From: Oligoflexus sp. | Lineage (GTDB): Bacteria; Bdellovibrionota_B; Oligoflexia; Oligoflexales; Oligoflexaceae | Length of the DNA stretch: 20,845 bases | Direction of reading: 5' to 3' | Assembly: GCA_041736305.1 (NCBI GenBank) | Contig: JBGSTX010000125.1 | Span: forward strand, 1-20,845 | Shown: positions 1 through 8,458 of the stretch, in pieces | Position numbering within the stretch: the stretch's first letter is position 1 | Layout of the letters: each line of letters opens with the position of its first letter | Notes under the pieces: model-generated | Seen by the model: only the letters and a program-made list of their open reading frames with translations | Told to the model about the DNA's origin: nothing | Databases searched by the model: none | Program-made: the position numbers and the translations under genes

Positions 1-1853
1 GCAACGTTTTTTGCCTCACCCCCAGGCGCCTTGAGCCATGCTTCTTTTTTAACGGGGCAGTCGGAATCGGCCGCTCCCTGAAGAGCAGCACGCAAGCCGA
101 CCAAAATTCCTTCGCGGCACATCTTGAAAAGGTTCGTCGTCAAATCTCCGGAAGGATTTACGAGAACCTCGCTAGTATCGCCTCGAAACTGGATGATTTC
201 CATCCTATCATTAATTACGACGCCCGGAGCGACGACATGATTTAATATGGCCCGATCCGCCTCGGCCTTCATATCGAGCTTCCGAGTCGTCTCGTTCTGC
301 GATGAAGGGGACGTTGGCTGGGTGCCGGGCCGCTCGCCAAACCCGGTCATGGCAAAATCAGGTGCAGAGGGGCCGCGGATCATGCGGTTTTTTTGAAAAA
401 TCCTGCTTTCCTTGTCCTCGACGCTGAAGATGTCGGTCGATACACCGATAGTCTCCGCCTGACCCAGCATCAGGAAGCCGCCGGGGTTTAATGCAAAGTG
501 GAAATTTTGGAGAACTTGTGTTTGCAGCCCCGGCATCAGGTAGATCAGAAGATTACGGCAGCTGATAATGTCTACCCGGGAAAAGGGCGGATCACGCGCG
601 ATGTTTTGTCTGGCGAATACACAGCACTCGCGAAGAGCAGGTTTGACCCTGTAACTGCCGCCATCCTTAATAAAAAACTTATCGAGTCGATCCTGCGACA
701 CGTTGTCTCGGATTCGGGAGTCGTAAGTTCCAGCCCGGGCTCCGGCAAGCGCGGACTCGCTTATGTCAGTCGCAAAGATTTCAATTCTGGCCAAGTGCCC
801 ATGCTCTTCCATAAACTCAAGAAGACTCATCGCAATCGAATAGGCTTCTTCGCCTGTGGCGCAGCCAGGCACCCAGATGCGCACAGGGGCCGATTGTGCT
901 TTGCGAGCAAAGATCGCAGGCAGAACTCGGGTTTTCAGCACAACATAACTAAGCGGGTCACGAAAAAAACAGGTGACCTTGATCAGGAGGTCCTCGTAAA
1001 GCTTGTCCGCTTCAGCTTCATTTGCTCGGAGATATGTAAGATAGTCGTCCACTAGCTCCATGCCGTGGTAAGCCATGCGTCGATAGATGCGGCGGGTGAT
1101 GGTCGGTAGCTTGTAGTGTTTAAAGTCCGTTCCCTTGACGTTTTTGAGCAGACCAAGAATCTTTGGTAGGCCTCGTGTCATCTCTGTTCCAAGCGTTTGT
1201 TCGGTGCCTTCCTTGGGGGCGAGAAGAGTACGCTTACGAGCAACAAGTGCAGAAAGTTCTTTTGCGATCTCTTGAGGCGACAGAACGCAGTCAGCCCCTG
1301 CTGCTATCGCCGCAGCGGGCATGTCATTAAACTTCGCCGTTTCGCGGCTTTGAGCCAGGGCGACGCCACCAGCCGCCATGATAGCAGCGATGCCGACTGC
1401 ACCATCACTGCCTGTTCCTGACAGCACCACACCGATTGCTTCGTGTTGTCGTTCATGAGCTAGTGAGCAGAAGAACGCGTCGATCGTCAGGTGGCCCCCC
1501 TTACCCTCTTTGCGTGGTGCGAGCCGCAGCTTATCTCCTTCGAGGGAAATGGACACATTTTCAGGCGCTACATAAATGTGATCAGGTTCCAGAACCACGC
1601 CATCTGCAGCTTCCTTGACGCAAATTGACGTTGTCCTGGCCAGAATTTCGCTGAGAAAGCTCTTATGATGAGGATCGAGATGTTGAATCAAGACAAAGCT
1701 TAGCCCACTTGCAGGGTCAAGATGGGATAGAAGATCGCTAAACGCTTCGAGTCCGCCAGCCGAAGCTCCTATGCCAACTACTACTGGTGAATTGATTCGA
1801 TCGTCAGGTGGGTTCGTTTTCCGAGCGAGAGGCTTTGCTTGTGACATGGACAT
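1..1853 (-). CDS. CheB methylesterase/CheR methyltransferase fusion protein, 3' end truncated by the window edge (probably continues into PAS/kinase domains)
   Basis: Manual translation from ATG 1853 (or 1847) stays in one frame to position 1, so it is missing from the ORF track. CheB motifs: VVGIGASAGGLEAF, LIQHLDP, VLSGTGSDG (Ser-His-Asp triad present). CheR motifs: DFKHYKLPTITRRIYRRM, DLLIKVTCFFRD, RIWVPGCATGEEAYSIAM, DIISCRNLLIY. Then APGVVINDRMEIIQFRGDT, as typically follows CheR in such fusions. Confidence 0.93.
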   Translation of the reverse strand, partial: MSMSQAKPLARKTNPPDDRINSPVVVGIGASAGGLEAFSDLLSHLDPASGLSFVLIQHLDPHHKSFLSEILARTTSICVKEAADGVVLEPDHIYVAPENVSISLEGDKLRLAPRKEGKGGHLTIDAFFCSLAHERQHEAIGVVLSGTGSDGAVGIAAIMAAGGVALAQSRETAKFNDMPAAAIAAGADCVLSPQEIAKELSALVARKRTLLAPKEGTEQTLGTEMTRGLPKILGLLKNVKGTDFKHYKLPTITRRIYRRMAYHGMELVDDYLTYLRANEAEADKLYEDLLIKVTCFFRDPLSYVVLKTRVLPAIFARKAQSAPVRIWVPGCATGEEAYSIAMSLLEFMEEHGHLARIEIFATDISESALAGARAGTYDSRIRDNVSQDRLDKFFIKDGGSYRVKPALRECCVFARQNIARDPPFSRVDIISCRNLLIYLMPGLQTQVLQNFHFALNPGGFLMLGQAETIGVSTDIFSVEDKESRIFQKNRMIRGPSAPDFAMTGFGERPGTQPTSPSSQNETTRKLDMKAEADRAILNHVVAPGVVINDRMEIIQFRGDTSEVLVNPSGDLTTNLFKMCREGILVGLRAALQGAADSDCPVKKEAWLKAPGGEAKNV

Positions 1854-2120
1854 CTCGAGCAATAAGGCTAACTGTAACGAGGCCCGTCGCAGTTGTTATG
1901 ATTCCAGCATCACGTAGGGATTGCCCGGAATGACCGAAATGATCGGCACAGATGCGACTGTAGGTTGGAACGGTAGTAAAGAATAGGTCTAAATAAGCAA
2001 AGCTCCGCACGCTTTGCGTCTAGATGGCTGCCACCAAAGTGATGAAAGCCAAGAGGTCGAGGCGAGCTGCTACCGATGGGCAGGCTATTTAGCTCATTAA
2101 TGGGTTTACCTCAACTCCGG

Positions 2121-3266
2121 CTAAGGATTGATTTTGAGCTCCCATTCCAAGACTTTGCCGCTTTGCCCCTCGATGCGATCGACGACGAGCAGCTGCCAGG
2201 CTCCAGCGCTCGCTTCGCCTTCTAAGATCTGAAAGCTGTCGGCGGGCTCCTTACTTGGAAAGCTCATTTTCGTAAGGCCCAGCTGACCGTCACTGGCGCG
2301 GTCTCTCAGTAGCATTCGCCGGCCCGAAGGCGCGACGAGGTATATACTAAGATGCTTGAACACTCTGTGATCTACAGCAAAGGAGACTTCGATGCTCTGC
2401 ACGGGTCCTTTGTCCTCGAGAATCTTTTCGAAGCGAACGCCTCTAGTATCGGCATCTGGAATCGAAGCCGGCAAAGTCCCCTGTAAGGGTGCAGCCGCGT
2501 TCGGGTTGAGAACGGCCGAGGCCTTAAAAATTTCACTGAGGCGAAAGGCTTTATTCGCGCCTTTCTGAGCCTTGCAACCGCCGTGAGTATGAACACCGAC
2601 TACCTCGCCTTGGAGATTGAAAACGGGTGATCCAGAGCTCCCCGTCTCAGCATCGAGATCATCAAACTGCATCCGCAAACCACCGTCCTTGCTCACATGG
2701 CCCGTGTCAAATGCCTTAGGGCGACCCATGGGATGCTGAATGAGCAGAATATCAGCACCGAGGGCAAGAGCTTGAGGGTTGAGGCTTAGGACTGGATAGC
2801 GACTGCCTGCGGTCTCACCCTTGGCATTCTTCGCCAAGCGCACGAGAGAGTAGTCAAGCTTGGGAGCGCCTGTTTCAAGAACCTGGAGAACTTCAAAGTC
2901 TTCACGCGTAGCCTCTTTGCCATCGGCTGAGACCTGGTAATTAAAGCTGACGAGCAGATTGCGTGCTTTACGCCAGTCAATGCAATGGTCCGCAGTCATG
3001 ATCAGGTCTGGCCCAATCAGAAATCCACTGCAGTAATAAGTAGGGCTCGTCTTTTCCTTGATAGCAACCACGCTCGGCTCGAGCTTGGCCACAAGCTCTG
3101 CGGTCCAGGGTGCCTTGGGCTTGGGATCAACAACAGACTGCAGATCATTGCTACCGCAGATGTCCTTAAGGGAAGCCGCGTTTTTGTTCTGAGTCTGACA
3201 GGAGCTAACGCTTAGCATTAGGCCGAAAGCCGGAGTTGAGATTCTAGCGAACTTGAACATGCCCAT
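2121..3266 (-). CDS. Trypsin-like (S1) serine protease, probable lipoprotein, with C-terminal proprotein convertase P-domain
   Basis: CSGFLIG..MTADHC (His), LDYSLVRL (Asp), TGSSGSPV (Ser), VVGVH. C-terminal IPD...VDH..LSIYLVAPSG...GAWQLLVVD...G.V.EWEL is P-domain-like. Signal ends in SVSSC. GAGGT RBS before ATG 3266. Confidence 0.88.
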   Translation of the reverse strand: MGMFKFARISTPAFGLMLSVSSCQTQNKNAASLKDICGSNDLQSVVDPKPKAPWTAELVAKLEPSVVAIKEKTSPTYYCSGFLIGPDLIMTADHCIDWRKARNLLVSFNYQVSADGKEATREDFEVLQVLETGAPKLDYSLVRLAKNAKGETAGSRYPVLSLNPQALALGADILLIQHPMGRPKAFDTGHVSKDGGLRMQFDDLDAETGSSGSPVFNLQGEVVGVHTHGGCKAQKGANKAFRLSEIFKASAVLNPNAAAPLQGTLPASIPDADTRGVRFEKILEDKGPVQSIEVSFAVDHRVFKHLSIYLVAPSGRRMLLRDRASDGQLGLTKMSFPSKEPADSFQILEGEASAGAWQLLVVDRIEGQSGKVLEWELKINP

Positions 3267-3282
3267 AGTCTGACCTCTACTT

Positions 3283-3309
3283 CTTACGGCACCATCTAAA
3301 TAAACTGCG
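3283..3309 (-). promoter_or_regulatory. Putative sigma-28 (FliA)-type promoter for the protease gene
   Basis: Minus strand CGCAGTTT-N11-GCCGTAAG versus consensus TAAAGTTT-N11-GCCGATAA, directly upstream of the RBS. Confidence 0.5.
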
Positions 3310-3521
3310 GAAATTTCTTGCTATGAGACTAGCATAGCAGCTGGGGAGTGCAAGTTGATGAGGATCTTGGGCCACGATTCCTTAATTGGAGGGGCATCGC
3401 TCGCAGCTTATCAGCAAGCTTAACTTTGCTGCTGCAGGAAGGGAGTCAATTTGCTAGAAGGCAGCTTCCAAAAGCTCGCGCAGAGTTCAAAGCGCGAGTA
3501 AAAACGAGCGAAGGACACGCG

Positions 3522-4289
3522 ATGCGATTTATAAACACCGGCCTCATTCTTTCCATCTTCCTAGCTGCCACGGCCTGCAGCAATCGTAGCCAAGAACAAG
3601 TTTCTGAAATGATTGGCAGTGTTCAAGGACAGCTCGGCGGCGCAACTGGGGCCTCGGTCGTTCCTAGTCAGTCCGAAGCACTTCTGGCGACCAAAGAAGC
3701 TCTGGGCAAAGGCGTTGAAGCTGGCATTCAAACACTAGCCAAAAATGGCGGGTTTGCTGATTCGGTGCATCGCGTTCTCATCCCCGCCGACTTAAGAAAA
3801 ATCACCGATCTAGCGCGTAAAAGCGGTCTCAATCCCCTGGTCGATCGCTTCGAATCCAGTCTGAACCTGGCGGCTGAAGAGGCTGTAAAAAGTGCGGCGC
3901 CCGTATTCAAAAACGCTCTTAGTCAGATGACAGTAACGGACGTGGTAGATATTTTGAGGGGCCCCCCGAACGCGGCGACACAATACTTTCAGAAAACGAG
4001 CGAGACTAAGCTCAATGAAGTTTTTCTACCCATAGTAAAAAAAGCGACTGATAAAACAGAGGTCACTCAAGTATACAAACAACTGATCGGCTCAATCAAG
4101 CCGATGCTGGCCCTCAGCGGCCTAACGCTACCTCCTCTCGATCTAGACCAGTATGTCACCGAACAGAGCAGCAAGGCCCTGTTTGCAGAGATCGCCGTTC
4201 AGGAAAAAAAGATTAGAGAAAATCCTCTCGAGCGTAGTAACGCTTTGCTGAAAAAAGTCTTTGGCTACTACGAAAGTCCTCAAACTTGA
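3522..4289 (+). CDS. DUF4197 family lipoprotein
   Basis: KEALGKGV..G...L...GGF, SLNLAAEEAV..AAPVF..A..QMTVTD..IL.G...AATQYF, LDQYVT...ALF..IA.QEKKIRENP.R...LLKKVFG. Start reassigned to ATG 3522 (GAAGGA RBS, signal MRFINTGLILSIFLAATAC). Confidence 0.88.
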   Translation: MRFINTGLILSIFLAATACSNRSQEQVSEMIGSVQGQLGGATGASVVPSQSEALLATKEALGKGVEAGIQTLAKNGGFADSVHRVLIPADLRKITDLARKSGLNPLVDRFESSLNLAAEEAVKSAAPVFKNALSQMTVTDVVDILRGPPNAATQYFQKTSETKLNEVFLPIVKKATDKTEVTQVYKQLIGSIKPMLALSGLTLPPLDLDQYVTEQSSKALFAEIAVQEKKIRENPLERSNALLKKVFGYYESPQT

Positions 4290-4302
4290 TTTGAACTCGT
4301 TT

Positions 4303-4323
4303 CGACGGGAGCCGCACCCGTCG
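4303..4323 (+). terminator. GC-rich hairpin after the DUF4197 gene, possible terminator
   Basis: CGACGGG-agccgca-CCCGTCG 13 nt after the stop, between convergent genes; U-tract is short. Confidence 0.4.
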
Positions 4324-4475
4324 CGACGTTTCGGATGAACATCTAGCCTCCCCTCATGGACTAAAAAAGAAAATTTTGCGAAATTGAAATTCATGTTAGG
4401 GGAATGGGAGCAAATGCGTCTAGAAAATATGCGCAAACATTGAATGCGCCAAAAAAGAAATAATGAAAGAGAGGC

Positions 4476-5840
4476 TTATACAGTACCCAGAGCCAGCCGC
4501 TCTTTCCTTCGCCAAAACGTAGTATTGACTAGCGATGTAAGCAGGAGGCCGAGAGCCAGGCCGACCCACATTCCCCAAATCCCCTTGTCCATGAGAAAAC
4601 AAAGCGTATATCCCACCGGCAAACCGATACCCCAGTGCGAGACGAGGTTCGCGTAGAAGGCGGTCTTGGTATCGCCTAGCCCACGGAGAGCGCCCGCCGA
4701 TACTACCTGAAGCCCATCGAAAATCTGGAATAAGGCGCAGAGAAATATGACCGTAATTCCCAGCTCGATAACCTTGGGATCTTCAGTAAACCAGCCGAGC
4801 AACCAAGCAGGAAAAAAGTAGAGAATCAAGGCTGAGATTGCCATTACTGCAATACCCGCCCCCATGCCCAGCCAGCCGGTGGGAAACGCGCGATTGAGAT
4901 CTTTCCTCCCCACATGATAACCAACCCGCGTCGCCGTCGCCGCCGAGATCCCGAGCGGTACCATAAAGGAGAACGACGCGATCGTCAGAATTATATGGTG
5001 AGTCGCCAGCATCATGGCACCGAGACTCGCCATCAGGAGAGTCGTTAAGCTAAACGCCGATACTTCAAGCGTCATCTGTCCCGCCGCAGGCAGGCCCAGG
5101 CGAAGAAATTCCTTTTGCAGCGGCTTATCCCCTCGCCAGAAGGCATCCTTCACCAGCTGCCAGTTAGCAGCTGCACGACCTGTGCTTCGCCACTCCCGCA
5201 GCGTGATCCAGACAGCTGCCGCGAGCATAAAAAGCCGACAACCCGTAGTCGCGATCGCCACGCCCGCTGCACCCAGCTCCGGCATTCCCCAGCGGCCTGT
5301 CACGAAGCCGATATCGAGTACGAGGTTAAAAACATTGGCTACAAGAATGATGAGGGTAAAGGGCAGGACTAACTCCTGACACTGCCAGTAGCGTTGGATT
5401 GCGCTCGACAGCATGAGCGGGAGCAGACCCAAGGAGAGCAAGGCCATATAAGGCTTTCCAGCTTCGGCAATATCGGGAGTCGCGCCCGTAATTCCAATAT
5501 TGAAAGCCAACCAGAGCAGAGGTCCAGTAGCCAGCAGGCAGAAGAGAACCGAAATCCGCAGACACACTCCGAAGCAGCGCAGAGCACGTTGCTCGTCGCG
5601 GGCCCCGTAGGCTTGCGAGACGATCGGATCCATTCCACCCAAGAGACCAAAGCCTATCATCACTAAGGTCCAAAAGATCGAATTCGCAGCGGCAACACCA
5701 GCTAACTCGAGGGAAGAGTAGCGGCCGACGACGATGGTGTCGACCAAACCCATCAGCATCGCCCCGACCTGAGAGATGATTATGGGCCAGGCGAGCCGGC
5801 TGAGATGCCGGGACTCTTCGCGGTATAAGGCAAGTTGCAT
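4476..5840 (-). CDS. MATE family efflux transporter (NorM/MdtK-like)
   Basis: LAWPIIISQ..MG.VDT.VVG, PIVSQAYGA, LGAAG.AIAT, LGLP, RVG..VG, FQIFDGLQVV..GALRGLGDT; about 12 hydrophobic segments. Start MQLALYREE (5840) avoids overlap with the HAD gene. Confidence 0.93.
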   Translation of the reverse strand: MQLALYREESRHLSRLAWPIIISQVGAMLMGLVDTIVVGRYSSLELAGVAAANSIFWTLVMIGFGLLGGMDPIVSQAYGARDEQRALRCFGVCLRISVLFCLLATGPLLWLAFNIGITGATPDIAEAGKPYMALLSLGLLPLMLSSAIQRYWQCQELVLPFTLIILVANVFNLVLDIGFVTGRWGMPELGAAGVAIATTGCRLFMLAAAVWITLREWRSTGRAAANWQLVKDAFWRGDKPLQKEFLRLGLPAAGQMTLEVSAFSLTTLLMASLGAMMLATHHIILTIASFSFMVPLGISAATATRVGYHVGRKDLNRAFPTGWLGMGAGIAVMAISALILYFFPAWLLGWFTEDPKVIELGITVIFLCALFQIFDGLQVVSAGALRGLGDTKTAFYANLVSHWGIGLPVGYTLCFLMDKGIWGMWVGLALGLLLTSLVNTTFWRRKERLALGTV

Positions 5841-5862
5841 AGATTCACAATTCTGTCGAAAA

Positions 5863-6774
5863 TTAAGTAAGAAGCTTAGAGACGACCTCAGCAAGATCGG
5901 CAAAACTCGCGAGCTCAAAGTCCGCCTGAGGGCTTTCCATATTAGCCGGATCGAGAGCCACGTTCTTAGCGACGTTGCTCAACGGACTGAAGCGTAGCAG
6001 TAAGTCCTTAGACTCGGCGCTAATAATCGTCCCATACCGAGCCCAACCAGTATGCACTCCGAGTCGACGGCCGAGTCCCACATCCTTCCGCAGGTTATCA
6101 CCGACCCAGAGAACGTCGGAAAGGTGAGATTCCATATCATAATCCATCAGCACTGTTTTAAGGCCCTTCGTCCCCGGCTTTTCATAATCGTCAGGCAGAA
6201 TCCGCACGCGGCCAGCAAACTCAAAGTTGCTTTTCTGCAGGTGCTTGAGCAGAATTTCGGCTTCAACTTTGATCTTCTGTGAACTTGCGTCGATCGGTAT
6301 TCGTGGATCGGGAAGTCCGTAAACAGCATCAAAAAAGCGGAGTAAACCGAGCTTATTGAGTTTCCACATCGCCACATAACGCGGTGCATCGGTGAGAGCG
6401 ACGATAGGTATTTGGGGGTACTTCTGACGCAGATTCTGCAGCGTCGCGAGAACGTCGGGGTAGGGTAAGAGCTTTTTCTGCGCCATAGCGTTAAAAGCCT
6501 GGCGGCCGGGATCCACAGCTTCAGTCAGGAGCTTATCGATATCGCCCTGATAAAAGCGGAAAACGCTAGGTAGCTCTTGAATGAGAAAGGGATATTCAAT
6601 CGAGCCTTCGCGCTCAAAAACGGCTCGCGACTCCCCATAAAGCAGCTCTAAAGGAAGCCCAGTCTTATCGCTCACAGTACCGAGCATAGCCTGAACGCAG
6701 GCCGTGTAATACTCGATCCAATTGAAAACAGTATTGTCAATGTCTAAGACCAGCAAGTTTCTAGGCTTCGTCAC
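5863..6774 (-). CDS. HAD superfamily hydrolase (phosphatase)
   Basis: Motif I LVLDIDNT, motif II ALTD, motif III EKP, motif IV WVGDNLRKD; GAGAGG RBS before GTG. Confidence 0.85.
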   Translation of the reverse strand: MTKPRNLLVLDIDNTVFNWIEYYTACVQAMLGTVSDKTGLPLELLYGESRAVFEREGSIEYPFLIQELPSVFRFYQGDIDKLLTEAVDPGRQAFNAMAQKKLLPYPDVLATLQNLRQKYPQIPIVALTDAPRYVAMWKLNKLGLLRFFDAVYGLPDPRIPIDASSQKIKVEAEILLKHLQKSNFEFAGRVRILPDDYEKPGTKGLKTVLMDYDMESHLSDVLWVGDNLRKDVGLGRRLGVHTGWARYGTIISAESKDLLLRFSPLSNVAKNVALDPANMESPQADFELASFADLAEVVSKLLT

Positions 6775-6822
6775 AGGGGCCTCTCAGCTAAAGGCTTTGT
6801 GTCAAGACTTATACCACGAAGC

Positions 6823-7623
6823 TCATATTTTCCAATGCTGCTTAAGAAAAGCCTCGGGAAGTCCGAGCTCGCGAGCATAGGCAATGTCGATGCCGATGAG
6901 ACGAACCGAAAGAAAGTGCTTAACCCACTCGCTCCCCTCAAGTATCAGATTTTTCCACGGGCCATCAGCCACCACCTCGCCGTCGTTGAGCATGATAACC
7001 CTGTCGGCGAAGCGAATAGCGATCTCGACGGATGAGGTCGACACGAGCTGAGCGCTGCCCTCGATTTTACTACCCAACTCCCTGATCATCTGGAGAATAA
7101 TTGTTGAAGTGACAGGATCGAGACCCGAGGTCGGCTCGTCGAAGATTGAGACCAGAGGATCAGTAGCCAGGGCGCGGGCAATACCGATGCGCCGCTTCAT
7201 TCCACCCGATAACTCATGCGGAAACATGCGTCTGGTGCGACCGAGTCGAACGGTGTCAAGAAGACTGGTGATCTTGTCGTTCATCTCCTGCTGGTTCAAC
7301 TTGGTCATGTGTTCCATGGCAAAAAGCAGATTCTCTTCGACAGTCATGAAGTCAAATAGACCGCCTTGCTGAAAAGCCATTCCCACGCGGCGGAGAGTCT
7401 GCTGCTTTTCACGTTCAGACGCATGCGCCATATCGCAATCGAGCATCGAGACCTGCCCGCTGTTGGGCTCGATCAAGCCCAGCATGAGCTTCAGGATGGT
7501 AGACTTACCGCAACCACCGGGGCCGAGGAGGCTGACGCGCTCACCGGTCCCTATCCGCAGACTTATATTCCGCAGCACCGGCTCATTGTCGAAAGATTTG
7601 GAAATTCCATCGAGAACTATCAC
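6823..7623 (-). CDS. ABC transporter ATP-binding protein, MlaF/Ttg2A-like, with atypical H-loop
   Basis: Walker A GPGGCGKST, Q-loop GMAFQQGGLFD, signature LSGGMKRRIGIARA, Walker B/D-loop IFDEPTSGLDP. Start reassigned to GTG 7623 (GAGGAG RBS), which removes the overlap with hemD. Confidence 0.88.
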   Translation of the reverse strand: MIVLDGISKSFDNEPVLRNISLRIGTGERVSLLGPGGCGKSTILKLMLGLIEPNSGQVSMLDCDMAHASEREKQQTLRRVGMAFQQGGLFDFMTVEENLLFAMEHMTKLNQQEMNDKITSLLDTVRLGRTRRMFPHELSGGMKRRIGIARALATDPLVSIFDEPTSGLDPVTSTIILQMIRELGSKIEGSAQLVSTSSVEIAIRFADRVIMLNDGEVVADGPWKNLILEGSEWVKHFLSVRLIGIDIAYARELGLPEAFLKQHWKI

Positions 7624-7719
7624 GGCAGATTTCTCCTCTCGGCTCAGTGCTTCCGATTTTACCCGAAAGGCATTAATCTTCAAACTCGAGCTACGAACGT
7701 AAACTTTTGCGAGGGCCGC

Positions 7720-8457
7720 ATGAAGCGAATTGTCTGGACACGACCGGCTGAGGACTGGGACGCCGACCAGAAGTGGCTGAAAATCGAGCCCTGGCTGCTC
7801 CGACTCCCCCTTACACGGCAGGTGGAAATAAGCCCGCAACTGCCTCCAAAACCCTGCGATGCCGTTATCGTAACGAGTAAGAAAGCGGTCGATGCCTTCC
7901 TCCATAAAGTCTTTCTCTCGAAAGAGCAGCTCCAAAGGGTCGAATTTCTCACCTTTGGACTGGAGACCTACAAGCACCTCCTCTCCCATAATCTAAAGGC
8001 GCGACTGGTTGCTGCTCAAGGAGGGAAGGAGTTCGCCTCGCTGCTTTCTTGTGAACTGAGAAAAGACCTGGTGGTCTGGTTCCCTCGTCCGGTAGAAACC
8101 GCTTACCCCATAAGCGAGTATCTTAGAAACTACCAAATTGAAGTCTACGACATGGAGCTATATCGGACGGAGATTTGTAAACAGTTTGATCCGCAGCTTA
8201 TTCAACAGCTAACAGCGGGGCCTGCCATCGTCTGCTTGGCAAGTCCGCAGGCCGTCAAAGCCTTTGTAGAAATGATCCGTCACTACGACGAGGCGCGCTT
8301 CTATCGCTACACGCCCGTCGCTATCGGACCCAGCACGATGGCCAGTGGGCAGTCATATTTTTTGGAGGTTTTTCAAGCCGCGCAGCAGACCCTACCGGCT
8401 CTCTGGGAAAAGGCTATGGAAGTCGCACGCGAACCGGCCGATCTTCGCTATCGCTGA
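7720..8457 (+). CDS. hemD: Uroporphyrinogen-III synthase-like protein
   Basis: MKRIVWTRP start, AVIVTSKKAV, G.ET..L, LYRT, ASPQAV, AIGPST match HemD patterns; GAGGG before ATG 7720. Confidence 0.75.
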   Translation: MKRIVWTRPAEDWDADQKWLKIEPWLLRLPLTRQVEISPQLPPKPCDAVIVTSKKAVDAFLHKVFLSKEQLQRVEFLTFGLETYKHLLSHNLKARLVAAQGGKEFASLLSCELRKDLVVWFPRPVETAYPISEYLRNYQIEVYDMELYRTEICKQFDPQLIQQLTAGPAIVCLASPQAVKAFVEMIRHYDEARFYRYTPVAIGPSTMASGQSYFLEVFQAAQQTLPALWEKAMEVAREPADLRYR

Positions 8458-8458
8458 A

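Noticed and set aside
498..1618. Plus-strand ORFs 498-1055, 1197-1421 and 1436-1618
   Set aside because: Antisense shadows of the CheB-CheR gene with no recognisable motifs.
1940..1966. GCCGATCA upstream of CheB-CheR (and GCCGATGC at 20789) as sigma-28 -10 elements
   Set aside because: No TAAAGTTT/CAGTTT-like -35 at N11 spacing.
1804..2010. 68-aa minus-strand ORF
   Set aside because: Overlaps the CheB-CheR start in another frame; no motifs or convincing RBS.
3348..3521. 58-aa N-terminal extension of the DUF4197 ORF
   Set aside because: The signal peptide and RBS point to ATG 3522.
4330..4475. AT-rich convergent spacer considered as a dif/att site or sRNA
   Set aside because: No XerC/XerD arm match and only weak inverted repeats.
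7366..7989. Apparent 600-bp head-to-head overlap of the ABC ATPase and hemD ORFs
   Set aside because: Artefact of longest-ORF calling; RBS-supported starts at 7623 and 7720 leave a 96-bp spacer.
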